Source: Patescibacteria group bacterium
GTDB lineage: Bacteria > Patescibacteriota > Microgenomatia > UBA8517
Assembly (NCBI GenBank): GCA_025999275.1
Contig: AP024680.1
Coordinates: 180,728 to 244,727, forward strand
DNA length: 64,000 nucleotides
Direction of reading: 5' to 3'
Shown here: positions 50,529 through 58,357 of the stretch, in pieces
How the letters are laid out: every line of letters starts with the position of its first letter
How positions within the stretch are numbered: position 1 is the first letter of the stretch
Translations under genes and position numbers: made by a program
The notes under the pieces: model-generated
Seen by the model: only the letters and a program-made list of their open reading frames with translations
What the model was told of the DNA's origin: nothing
The model's database searches: none

Positions 50529-51815
50529 ATGTTTTCCTCTCTTTTTAAGTTTTTCAATAGTGCTTTTAAACAGCCTGATATCAGGAAAAAACTTTTGATT
50601 ACTTTTTTGACTCTTTTTTTCTTTAGGCTGGCTGCACATATCCCTGCTGCTGGTATTGATACAAATTTGCTAAAGTCACTTTTTGTTTCAAGCCCCATAC
50701 TTTCACTTTTGGATATTTTCTCAGGTGGCACCTTGGTTAATTTTTCAGTAATGGCTTTGGGGTTAGGGCCTTATATTAGTGCCTCAATTATTATTCAACT
50801 TTTGCAGGTGGTTATTCCTAAGCTTGAGGAACTTAGTAAGGAGGGAGAGTATGGACAAGAGCAGATTGATCGTTATACAAGATATCTAACATTACCTTTG
50901 GCTTCTTTTCAGGCCTTGGCAATGTACTTTTTACTTAAGAATCAAGGCGTAATAAATCAACTTGAACCTCTAAACTTGGCTGCCTTGATTATTACCATGG
51001 TCGCAGGCAGCAGTCTTGCTGTGTGGATGGGGGATTTAATTACAGAATATGGTGTGTCAAACGGGGTTTCATTTTTGATTTTTGCCGGTATTATTGCTAG
51101 GCTTCCTGTTGTTATCACTCAGTCAGTAACAATAGTTGAAGCTCAAGATCTATTGAAAACAATTGTCTTTGCTTTAGTTCTTCTTTTGGTAATAGGTTTA
51201 ATAGTTTATATGAATGAAGCAATAAGGAAAATACCAGTTAATTATTCTCGAAGAACAAGAATTGTTGGCACTAATTTTTCTTATTTGCCATTAAGGCTTA
51301 ATCAAGCCAATGTAATTCCTATCATCTTTGCTGTTTCAGTAGTAATGATGCCGTCTTTTGTAAGCCAGTTTTTGGTTAATGCAAGTGACCCTAGGCTAAA
51401 AGCTTTGGGAGATTTCTTTGTCCATAGTTTTACTCCTCGTTCATTTTGGTATAATGCTGCTTATTTTTTACTAGTTGTGGGTTTTACTTTTTTCTATACA
51501 GCAGTTATTTTTAATCCTGAAAAAATAGCCGAAAATCTTCAAAAGAGCGGTGGGTTTATTCCTGGTATTAGGCCGGGTTCGCAAACAGTCTCTTACCTGA
51601 ACAGCGTTTTATCGAAAATAACTTTGGCGGGAGCTATATTTTTAGGTCTAGTGGCTATAATGCCATCTTTAATTCAAAGTTTTTTTGGGATTGATAACTT
51701 AGCTGTGGGGGGAACAGGGGTCTTGATTGTTGTCTCTGTTGTCTTGGAGGTAATGAGAAATCTAGAGTCGCAATTGGTAATGAAAAAATATGATCGTTTT
51801 TTTGAAGAAAGCTAG
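50529..51815 (+). CDS. secY: Preprotein translocase subunit SecY
   Basis: 10-TM protein with ...GIDTNLLKSLF...GGTLVNFSVMALGLGPYISASIIIQLL... Confidence 0.95.
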   Translation: MFSSLFKFFNSAFKQPDIRKKLLITFLTLFFFRLAAHIPAAGIDTNLLKSLFVSSPILSLLDIFSGGTLVNFSVMALGLGPYISASIIIQLLQVVIPKLEELSKEGEYGQEQIDRYTRYLTLPLASFQALAMYFLLKNQGVINQLEPLNLAALIITMVAGSSLAVWMGDLITEYGVSNGVSFLIFAGIIARLPVVITQSVTIVEAQDLLKTIVFALVLLLVIGLIVYMNEAIRKIPVNYSRRTRIVGTNFSYLPLRLNQANVIPIIFAVSVVMMPSFVSQFLVNASDPRLKALGDFFVHSFTPRSFWYNAAYFLLVVGFTFFYTAVIFNPEKIAENLQKSGGFIPGIRPGSQTVSYLNSVLSKITLAGAIFLGLVAIMPSLIQSFFGIDNLAVGGTGVLIVVSVVLEVMRNLESQLVMKKYDRFFEES

Positions 51816-51817
51816 AT

Positions 51818-52462
51818 ATGAACATTATAATTTTAGGTTTGCCAGGGTCAGGAAAAGGAACTCAATCAAAGATTATCTCTGAGAAATTGGGCCTTTTTTA
51901 TTTTGAAGCGGGAGCTTTCTCTCGCCAGTTGGCAAAAACAGATTCTTCTATTAGGGAGATAGTGAATTCCGGCAAGTTGATTCCTGAGAAGAAGATGACG
52001 GAATTGGTCTTTGATTATCTTGATAGAAATGTTCCCAAAGAAAAAGATATTCTTTTTGATGGTTACCCTCGTTTTTTGGGTCAATTCTTAGATCTTGAGA
52101 AGTGGCTAGATAAAAGAGATAAAAAGGTTGATTATGTTGTTTTTCTTGAGGTTGATGAGGAAGAGTCTATCAAAAGATTGTCTTCCCGTCGAGTTTGCCC
52201 AAAATGTGGAGCTGTTTATAATCTTTTAACCAATCCTCCACATGTTGATAATATTTGTGATGTTTGTGACGAAACTTTGGTTCAAAGAGAAGATGATAAG
52301 GAAGAAGTTGTAAGAAGAAGATTTATTGAATATAAGGAGAATGTTTTGCCTCTTTTGGATTTTCTTAGAAATAAGGATTATTTTGTTAAGGTAAATGGAG
52401 AGGCAAAAATTGATGAAGTTACAGCAGAAATTTTAGAAAGGATAGGATGGTCAAAAAAATGA
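51818..52462 (+). CDS. adk: Adenylate kinase with a zinc-binding lid
   Basis: MNIIILGLPGSGKGTQS P-loop. LID with CPKCGAVYN...CDVCDE. Confidence 0.9.
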   Translation: MNIIILGLPGSGKGTQSKIISEKLGLFYFEAGAFSRQLAKTDSSIREIVNSGKLIPEKKMTELVFDYLDRNVPKEKDILFDGYPRFLGQFLDLEKWLDKRDKKVDYVVFLEVDEEESIKRLSSRRVCPKCGAVYNLLTNPPHVDNICDVCDETLVQREDDKEEVVRRRFIEYKENVLPLLDFLRNKDYFVKVNGEAKIDEVTAEILERIGWSKK

Positions 52463-53220
52463 AAAATTTTAATGGAATTACAATCAAATCAAGAAGAGAG
52501 ATTGAAATTATGAGAGAAGGAGGCAGGAGGCTTTCTGAGATTAAGCATAACCTTATGTCTATGGTTAAGGAGGGTGTTTCCGCTTGGGAGATTGAAGAGC
52601 AGGCGGATAAGCAAATAGTTAGACTTGGTGGTCGTCCTTCTTTTAAAATGGTTCCAGGTTATCATTGGGCAACCTGTATAAATGTAAATGAAGGTATTGT
52701 TCATGGTATTCCTAAAAAAGAAATGGTTTTTAAAAATGGTGATTTGGTGAGTGTTGATCTAGGGATGTTTTTTGAGGGATTCCATACAGATACATCTTTC
52801 AGTCTATTGATTGGGAAGGATAAAAAGAAAGAGAATTTCTTAAAAGCAGGCAAGGAGGCTTTAGATTTGGCTATTGACAACGCAAGAGCAGGAAAAAGAA
52901 TTTATCATATTTCCAAAGCTATTGAAGAAAGATTAAAAAAGTCTGGTTTTAAGGCTGTGAGATCTCTTTTTGGACATGGAATAGGAAAGGAGCTTCATGA
53001 AGAACCACAGATTCCAGGTTTTGTTTATACTGAGGCACAAAATACCCCCGAGATAAAGGTAGGAATGGTATTTGCGATTGAGGTAATTTATGTTTCGGGC
53101 GGTGAACAATTGGTGATTGAAAAAGACGGTTGGACAATTTCAACTCAAGATGGTAAAATATCAGCGCTTTTTGAAGATACTGTGGCAGTTACGCCGCAGG
53201 GTCCCTTGGTTATTACCTAG
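52447..53220 (+). CDS. map: Methionine aminopeptidase type I
   Basis: Pita-bread fold motifs ...VHGIP...DLVSVDLG...HGIGKELHEEPQIP...VFAIE... Overlaps the adk 3' end by 16 nt. Confidence 0.9.
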   Translation: MVKKMKNFNGITIKSRREIEIMREGGRRLSEIKHNLMSMVKEGVSAWEIEEQADKQIVRLGGRPSFKMVPGYHWATCINVNEGIVHGIPKKEMVFKNGDLVSVDLGMFFEGFHTDTSFSLLIGKDKKKENFLKAGKEALDLAIDNARAGKRIYHISKAIEERLKKSGFKAVRSLFGHGIGKELHEEPQIPGFVYTEAQNTPEIKVGMVFAIEVIYVSGGEQLVIEKDGWTISTQDGKISALFEDTVAVTPQGPLVIT

Positions 53221-53243
53221 GGTTTTGATTGCTTGATTTGCGA

Positions 53244-53453
53244 ATGAAAAACTTTGAAACATTTGATGGGGTAGTAAAAGAGGCTTTGCCTAATACCATG
53301 TTTCGGGTGCAGCTTTTGGATGGGAGATTGGTTTTGGCAATTTTAAAGGGGAAAATGAGAAAAAGTTATGTTAAAATCTTTCCCGGGGATAGGGTGAAGG
53401 TGGAGTTTTCACCCTATGACAAGGAAAGAGGAAGAATAGTCTATAAATATTAA
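53244..53453 (+). CDS. infA: Translation initiation factor IF-1
   Basis: ...[63 protein letters not shown] at 53244; TTG in the track at 53229. Confidence 0.9.
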   Translation: MKNFETFDGVVKEALPNTMFRVQLLDGRLVLAILKGKMRKSYVKIFPGDRVKVEFSPYDKERGRIVYKY

Positions 53454-53455
53454 TT

Positions 53456-53569
53456 ATGAAAGTTCAATCATCAATTAAAAAAAGGTGCAAAGATTGCAAG
53501 ATTGTAAAAAGAAAAGGGGTTTTATATGTTATTTGCAAAAATCCAAGGCATAAACAACGCCAAGGTTAA
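53456..53569 (+). CDS. rpmJ: 50S ribosomal protein L36 (37 aa; absent from the ORF track because it is under 60 aa)
   Basis: Translates to [37 protein letters not shown], the canonical L36 zinc ribbon in its usual infA-rpmJ-rpsM position. Confidence 0.9.
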   Translation: MKVQSSIKKRCKDCKIVKRKGVLYVICKNPRHKQRQG

Positions 53570-53580
53570 TTTTGATTAAT

Positions 53581-53985
53581 ATGGCAAGAATTGCAGGAGT
53601 AGAATTAAACGACAATTGGAAGCTGGGTTTTGCCTTGACTCGAATTAAGGGGATAGGTTGGCCAACGGCAAGACAAATCTTGTCAAAGCTAAACTTAAAG
53701 GAAAATATTGTTCTTAAAGATTTAAAGCCTGAGGAGTTGAAAAGCGTGGTTAATGAGGTAGAAGCGTTACCTGTTGAGGGTGATTTGTTGAGGAAGGTTA
53801 GAACAGACATTGCTCGCTTGAAGCAAATAGGTTCTTATCGTGGAATTAGACACTCTAGATCCCTTCCTGTTCGAGGTCAAAGGACAAGAAGGAATGCAAG
53901 AACGAAAAGAGGAAAGAGGAAGACAGTAGGAGCATTTAAGAAAGAAATGTTGGCAAAAATGCAACAATCAAAGGAGCAGAAATAA
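53581..53985 (+). CDS. rpsM: 30S ribosomal protein S13
   Basis: MARIAGVELNDNWKLGFALTRIKGIG...GSYRGIRHSRSLPVRGQRTRRNARTKRG. Confidence 0.95.
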   Translation: MARIAGVELNDNWKLGFALTRIKGIGWPTARQILSKLNLKENIVLKDLKPEELKSVVNEVEALPVEGDLLRKVRTDIARLKQIGSYRGIRHSRSLPVRGQRTRRNARTKRGKRKTVGAFKKEMLAKMQQSKEQK

Positions 53986-54354
53986 ATGGCAACAAAAAAG
54001 CAAGAAATAAACAAAGGAAGAATTTATATTTCAGCTAGCTTTAATAACACACTAGTGACCCTTACTGATATTGATGGCAGAACACTATTATGGGGATCAT
54101 CAGGATCGTCAGGTTTTAAGGGAACCAGAAAAGCTACACCATTTGCAGCTACTACAGCTGTTGAAAGAGTCTTGAATAGAGCTAAGGAAGAGTACAATTT
54201 GAAAGAATTAGAGGTTTATGTAAAAGGGCCTGGTGTAGGCAGAGACGCTGCTTTAAGAGCAATTAGAAGTTCGGGTTTGAAGATTTCTCTGATTGCTGAT
54301 GTTACTCCTCTTCCTCACAACGGCCCAAGGCCTAAAAAGAAGAGGAGGGTTTAA
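53986..54354 (+). CDS. rpsK: 30S ribosomal protein S11
   Basis: ...GRIYISASFNNTLVTLTDIDGRTLLWGSSGSSGFKGTRKATPFAA... Confidence 0.95.
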   Translation: MATKKQEINKGRIYISASFNNTLVTLTDIDGRTLLWGSSGSSGFKGTRKATPFAATTAVERVLNRAKEEYNLKELEVYVKGPGVGRDAALRAIRSSGLKISLIADVTPLPHNGPRPKKKRRV

Positions 54355-54360
54355 TTTAAT

Positions 54361-54960
54361 ATGGGAAGATATACTGGTCCAAAAGATAGATTGTCAAGGA
54401 GAGAAGGTGTTGATCTTTTTGGTAAAGGGGCAAAATTAACTCGTCTTAATATTGCTCCTGGTGTTCATGGAGCAAAGATTGCCAAAAGTCAATCATATTA
54501 TGGTAGACAATTGAGAGAGAAACAGAAAGTAAAGAGGATTTATGGGGTTAGAGAAAGACAGTTTAAGAATTACGTTGAAAAGGCTTTGAAGTCAAAAGGA
54601 AACACAGCTGATGCTCTTTTTTCTTTGCTTGAGAGGCGTCTTGATAATGTTGTTTATCGTCTTCATTTTGCCAATACCCGTTTGGCAGCAAGACAATTAG
54701 TTTCACACCGCCACATTTTGGTTAATGGCAATAAGGTGAATATTCCGTCTTATCAAGTTAAGATTGGGGATGTTATTACTTTAACTCCCAAGGCTTTGGC
54801 AATTCCTTATATCAAGAAGACAATTGAAGAAAAAAATGTTAAAATCCCACAGTGGATGGAAAGAGAAGCTGTTGTAGGCAAGATCAAGGGTATGCCTTCT
54901 CTTGAAGATGTAACAGAGCCTATATCAGCTCAAGATGTGATAGAATTTTATTCTAAATAA
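54361..54960 (+). CDS. rpsD: 30S ribosomal protein S4
   Basis: MGRYTGPKDRLSRREGVDLFGKG...LERRLDNVVYRL... Confidence 0.95.
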   Translation: MGRYTGPKDRLSRREGVDLFGKGAKLTRLNIAPGVHGAKIAKSQSYYGRQLREKQKVKRIYGVRERQFKNYVEKALKSKGNTADALFSLLERRLDNVVYRLHFANTRLAARQLVSHRHILVNGNKVNIPSYQVKIGDVITLTPKALAIPYIKKTIEEKNVKIPQWMEREAVVGKIKGMPSLEDVTEPISAQDVIEFYSK

Positions 54961-54978
54961 AGAAAAGGAGGTGATTTT

Positions 54979-55902
54979 ATGAATAGTTTATTTTTTGAAA
55001 CAAAAGAAGAAGAAATAAAAAAAGATTACGGTCGTTTTGTTATTTCCCCTTTGGATAAGGGTTATGGTTATACTTTAGGTAATTCTTTAAGAAGAGTTTT
55101 ACTTGAGAGTTTGGGAGGAGCTGCTATTACTTCTGTTGAAATAAAAGGGGTTAAGCACCAATTCTCAACTCTTGAGGGTATGAAGGAAGATGTTGTTGAA
55201 TTTTTGCTTAACTTAAAGAAAGTAAGATTCAGCTGCAAGGGGGAATTGAAAAAAGCTGAGAAGGTTAAGCTTTCTGCTAAAGGTCCAGGAGAGTTTAAAG
55301 CAAAAGATATAAGTACACCAGCTACTTTGGAAGTGGCAAACCCCGACCTTGTTTTAGCTTACTTGAATAAGGGGGCAAAGCTTGAGGCGGAGATGACTGT
55401 TGAATATGGATATGGTTATCGTTTGGTTGATTCGGGTAGTGGCAAAATTGGTTTGATTTTGCTTGATGCAATTTTTTCTCCTGTGACAAGAGTAAGCTAT
55501 AGGGTTGAAGAGACTCGTGTTGGTAAGTTAACTAATTATGATAAGTTGATTATAGAAATTTGGACTGATGGGTCTCTTGATCCTAAGAAAGCTTTAATCG
55601 AAGCAGCTCAGATACTAAAGTCTCATTATGAACAGATAGTTTCTCCTCGTGTGGTTAACAAACCAGCGGTAGAGGAGGAACGTGACGACACTTTAGGTTC
55701 AGTGGGTAAGCTTTCTGTTGAGGAGATAGGCCTTCCCACTCGAGTCGCCAATGCTTTAGTTAAGTCAGGCTATGAGACAGTGGAGAGTTTAGTAAAGGCT
55801 AAAAAGGAAGATTTGACCAAAGTTAGAAATCTTGGAGAGAAATCTCTTAAGATTGTCAAACTAGCTTTGGCTGAAAGAGGTATTAAATTCTTGGAGGAAT
55901 AG
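54979..55902 (+). CDS. rpoA: DNA-directed RNA polymerase subunit alpha
   Basis: N-terminal dimerisation domain (...GYGYTLGNSLRRVLLES..) and C-terminal domain (...EEIGLPTRVANALVKSGYETVESL). Confidence 0.9.
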   Translation: MNSLFFETKEEEIKKDYGRFVISPLDKGYGYTLGNSLRRVLLESLGGAAITSVEIKGVKHQFSTLEGMKEDVVEFLLNLKKVRFSCKGELKKAEKVKLSAKGPGEFKAKDISTPATLEVANPDLVLAYLNKGAKLEAEMTVEYGYGYRLVDSGSGKIGLILLDAIFSPVTRVSYRVEETRVGKLTNYDKLIIEIWTDGSLDPKKALIEAAQILKSHYEQIVSPRVVNKPAVEEERDDTLGSVGKLSVEEIGLPTRVANALVKSGYETVESLVKAKKEDLTKVRNLGEKSLKIVKLALAERGIKFLEE

Positions 55903-55905
55903 TTT

Positions 55906-56364
55906 ATGAGAAAGAGAATAGTTGGTAGAAAATTCTCCCGCTCAGCCAAGTCAAGAAGAGCTTTATTAAGAGCTCTTATTGTATCTTTGGTTAAGGAGGG
56001 GAAAATTACAACAACCTTAGCAAAGAGTAAGGAAATTGCCCGTGTAGTCGACAAGATCTTTGCTATTGCTAAGGAAGGTGATCTTAATGCTAGAAGAAGA
56101 GTTTTGTCTAAACTAGCAAATGATCGTCATACTACAAATAGGATTTTTCAGCTAGTTTCTGGACTAGAGAGAAAATCTGGTTTTCTCAAAATCTCAGCTA
56201 TTCCTCCAAGAAGGGGGGATTCAGCTCCGATGGCTCAGGTTGAGATCTTGGAGTTTAAGAAAGAAGAGAAAAAACAAGTAAAATCAGAGTCAAAGTCAAA
56301 AGTTGAAGATGATAAAGCAGATAAAAAGGAAGAAAAGAAACCAAGGGCTAAAAGTAAGAAATAA
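55906..56364 (+). CDS. rplQ: 50S ribosomal protein L17 with a Lys/Glu-rich C-terminal extension
   Basis: MRKRIVGRKFSRSAKSRRALLRALIVSLVKEGKITTTLAKSKE... Confidence 0.9.
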   Translation: MRKRIVGRKFSRSAKSRRALLRALIVSLVKEGKITTTLAKSKEIARVVDKIFAIAKEGDLNARRRVLSKLANDRHTTNRIFQLVSGLERKSGFLKISAIPPRRGDSAPMAQVEILEFKKEEKKQVKSESKSKVEDDKADKKEEKKPRAKSKK

Positions 56365-56366
56365 TT

Positions 56367-56798
56367 ATGATTAAAAGAACTTATCATCAGAAAAAAGAAG
56401 ATATAAAAAGGAGTTGGCATATTATTGATGCTAAGGATAAGGTTTTGGGAAGGCTTTCAAGTCGTATTGCCAATATCTTAATGGGCAAGAACAAGGTTGA
56501 TTATTCTTTTCACCTTGATTGTGGGGATAATGTTTTGGTTTATAATTGCGAAAAGGTAAGACTGACTGGTAAAAAAGCTAAAGACAAAGTCTATCGTAGT
56601 CATTCTGGCTATCCAGGAGGGTTCAAAGAAGTTTCTTTTGAAAAGATGATCAAAGAACATCCCGAGAGGGTAATTCAAAAGGCCGTTTTGGGGATGTTGC
56701 CTGACAATAAGCTTAAAGACAAGAGAATTAAAAGATTAAAAGTTCTAAAAGGAGATAGCGATCCTTTAATTGAAAAGATAAGGTCGCTGGCAAAATAA
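56367..56798 (+). CDS. rplM: 50S ribosomal protein L13
   Basis: ...KRSWHIIDAKDKVLGRLSSRIANILMGKNK... Confidence 0.9.
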   Translation: MIKRTYHQKKEDIKRSWHIIDAKDKVLGRLSSRIANILMGKNKVDYSFHLDCGDNVLVYNCEKVRLTGKKAKDKVYRSHSGYPGGFKEVSFEKMIKEHPERVIQKAVLGMLPDNKLKDKRIKRLKVLKGDSDPLIEKIRSLAK

Positions 56799-56801
56799 AT
56801 T

Positions 56802-57218
56802 ATGGCTAGAAAAACAAAAAAGGAAAAATACATTTATGCAGTTGGAAGAAGGAAGACTTCTTCGGCTCGTGTTAGGCTTTTTAAGGGGAAAGGTGATAAC
56901 TTAGTTAATGATACATCTCTTTTAACTTATTTCCCTACAATTTCTTTTAAATCTAGGCTTGAAAGATTCTTTAAACTGGTTGATTTTGATAGTGATAAAA
57001 TGTTTTTTACGGTTAAAGTAGAGGGAGGAGGGAAAAGCGGTCAATTTGATGCCTTGCTTTTTGGTTTGGCCCGCGCTTTTGCTAAGCTTGATCCTGAAAA
57101 TCTTAAACCGAAACTAAAGAAAGAAGGATTTTTAACTCGCGATGCCAGAGTGAGGGAAAGAAGAAAAGTGGGTACAGGAGGAAAGGCAAGAAGGAAGAAA
57201 CAATCTCCAAAGAGGTAA
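56802..57218 (+). CDS. rpsI: 30S ribosomal protein S9
   Basis: ...YIYAVGRRKTSSARVRLFKGKG...C-terminal ...GGKARRKKQSPKR. Confidence 0.9.
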   Translation: MARKTKKEKYIYAVGRRKTSSARVRLFKGKGDNLVNDTSLLTYFPTISFKSRLERFFKLVDFDSDKMFFTVKVEGGGKSGQFDALLFGLARAFAKLDPENLKPKLKKEGFLTRDARVRERRKVGTGGKARRKKQSPKR

Positions 57219-57296
57219 TCTTTATAAATACACTTACTTTCCTTTATCTAGTTTTATTTAAATAATTTAAGATTTTCCCCAACTTCTTTATATTTA

Positions 57297-57322
57297 CTAT
57301 CAATACATCGATGTATTGATAG
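57297..57322. repeat. Perfect 26-bp palindrome CTATCAATACATCGATGTATTGATAG between convergent operons (rpsI plus-strand, mazG-like minus-strand)
   Basis: The 26-mer is exactly self-complementary and centred on ATCGAT. Flanking A/T positions extend the pairing to about 28 nt. No adjacent T-run. Confidence 0.8.
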
Positions 57323-57379
57323 TAGAGTGCAAAATATTCCTATTAATTGGCAAAATACTTAGGCCTATATTTGAAATTT

Positions 57380-57709
57380 TTACCTGTTGTCGCCTTCGCC
57401 GTGAAGTTTATTTCTCTTTTGTCTTGAAAAAAGTTTTTTCAAGTTTCCTTTGGCGATTTCTTCCAAGTCAAGTTTTAATTCTGTGGCAAGTTGAGATAAG
57501 TACCAAAGAACATCCCCCAATTCTTTTTCAATTTCCTTAGTTGTTTCTTTATCTAATTTTCCAGCCTTGTCTCTAATTATCTTTTTTATCTTGTCTGCTA
57601 CTTCGCCGGCTTCTCCTGTAAGCCCTAGTGTGGGATAGACAAAATTGTTTCCCTGATTAGGATAAACAGCTGTTTTTCGTGATTCTTTTTGGTATTTCTT
57701 AAAATCCAT
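57380..57709 (-). CDS. MazG-like nucleotide pyrophosphohydrolase (all-alpha NTP-PPase)
   Basis: FKKYQKESRKTAVYPNQGNNFVYPTLGLTGEAGEVADKIKKIIRDK...ELGDVLWYLSQLATEL matches the MazG/NTP-PPase EEXXE helices. Confidence 0.7.
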   Translation of the reverse strand: MDFKKYQKESRKTAVYPNQGNNFVYPTLGLTGEAGEVADKIKKIIRDKAGKLDKETTKEIEKELGDVLWYLSQLATELKLDLEEIAKGNLKKLFSRQKRNKLHGEGDNR

Positions 57710-57712
57710 TTT

Positions 57713-57910
57713 TTACCTATCTTTTTTAATTTGTTTGATATCTACTGTTACTGTTTTGCCACAGACATCGCAGGTTGCAACTACGGGAATGTTGTTTTTG
57801 TTTATCTCCTCTATTTTTCCAAATTGTCCCAGGCTTCCTTTTTTACATTTATGCTGTAAGATTGGAATTTCTTGACCAACTTGAAATTCTCCTCCTTTTC
57901 TTTCTACCAT
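57713..57910 (-). CDS. Small hypothetical protein (65 aa) with zinc-ribbon-like HxC...CxxC, translationally coupled to the mazG-like gene
   Basis: HKC...CDVCG. A 3-nt gap separates it from the downstream ORF. Same strand as the tRNA upstream. Confidence 0.4.
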   Translation of the reverse strand: MVERKGGEFQVGQEIPILQHKCKKGSLGQFGKIEEINKNNIPVVATCDVCGKTVTVDIKQIKKDR

Positions 57911-57979
57911 TTGCCTATTCTATTTGTTTCCTTTTTAGATTTCAAATTCTGTGGTTATAAAAGGTGACGATATCTGTTT

Positions 57980-58053
57980 TGGTCGGGGTGGGCAGAATTG
58001 AACTGCCGCCAGACGCACCCCATGCGCCTATTCTACCGTTAAACTACACCCCG
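57980..58053 (-). tRNA. tRNA-Pro (anticodon GGG), 74 nt including the encoded CCA
   Basis: Minus-strand sequence CGGGGTG-TA-GTTTAACGGTAGAATA-GGCGC-ATGGGGT-GCGTC-TGGC-GGCAG-TTCAATT-CTGCC-CACCCCG-A-CCA. 7-bp acceptor stem with the bacterial tRNA-Pro hallmarks C1:G72 and A73. Anticodon loop A-T-GGG-G-T. 5-bp T stem. Weak D stem with G:U pairs. Confidence 0.75.
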
Positions 58054-58060
58054 AGTTAAG

Positions 58061-58152
58061 CGAGGGTAGAGTTTAATCGGCCAAGCTTGGTGCTTTAGCA
58101 CCCGAGATGGGAAGGGTCCCATCGAGGCTTACCGTTAAACTACACCCCGAGT
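58061..58152 (-). ncRNA. tRNA-Pro 5'-half duplicate fused to a cluster of GC-rich hairpins (pseudo-tRNA remnant or structured leader; not a foldable tRNA)
   Basis: The minus strand starts CGGGGTGTAGTTTAACGGTAAG, 21 of 22 nt identical to the tRNA-Pro 5' half. It is followed by the hairpins CGATGGGA/TCCCATCG, GGTGC-TAAA-GCACC and the palindrome CCAAGCTTGG. It has no T-arm, no complementary acceptor 3' strand and no CCA. Confidence 0.35.
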
Positions 58153-58157
58153 GAATA

Positions 58158-58187
58158 AGTCAAAAGTTATAAGTCAAAAGTCAAAAA
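58158..58187. repeat. Three copies of AGTCAAAAG (minus-strand sense CTTTTGACT, which are TTGACT boxes) in the divergent tRNA/recA spacer
   Basis: aAGTCAAAAGttatAAGTCAAAAGTCAAAAAtc. Confidence 0.7.
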
Positions 58188-58281
58188 TCTAGAGTTATCA
58201 GCTCCAAGATACTTGACTAGAGTTTAAAACTTAAAAAATCAAAAGTTCTAATGATAATTTCGAACCTTAACTTCCACTTTA

Positions 58282-58309
58282 AACTTTTAACTTTTAACTT
58301 TTAACTTTC
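58282..58309 (+). repeat. Tandem heptamer AACTTTT x4 (TTAAC-core) upstream of recA
   Basis: AACTTTTAACTTTTAACTTTTAACTTTC. Confidence 0.8.
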
Positions 58310-58357
58310 CAATTAACCCTCTTGTATTTTATCAAAGACTATGGTAAAAGGGTAGCA

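Noticed and set aside
57316-57540. Plus-strand 74-aa ORF overlapping the 3' end of the mazG-like gene
   Set aside because: It overlaps a minus-strand gene with clear MazG motifs and begins inside the palindrome/terminator region. The hydrophobic Leu/Phe-rich product is typical of spurious AT-rich ORFs.
58061-58152. Second complete tRNA gene (or a tmRNA) next to tRNA-Pro
   Set aside because: Only the first 22 nt match a tRNA. There is no T-arm (GTTC-like loop), no 3' strand complementary to the acceptor stem and no CCA or discriminator. It does not fold as a cloverleaf on either strand.
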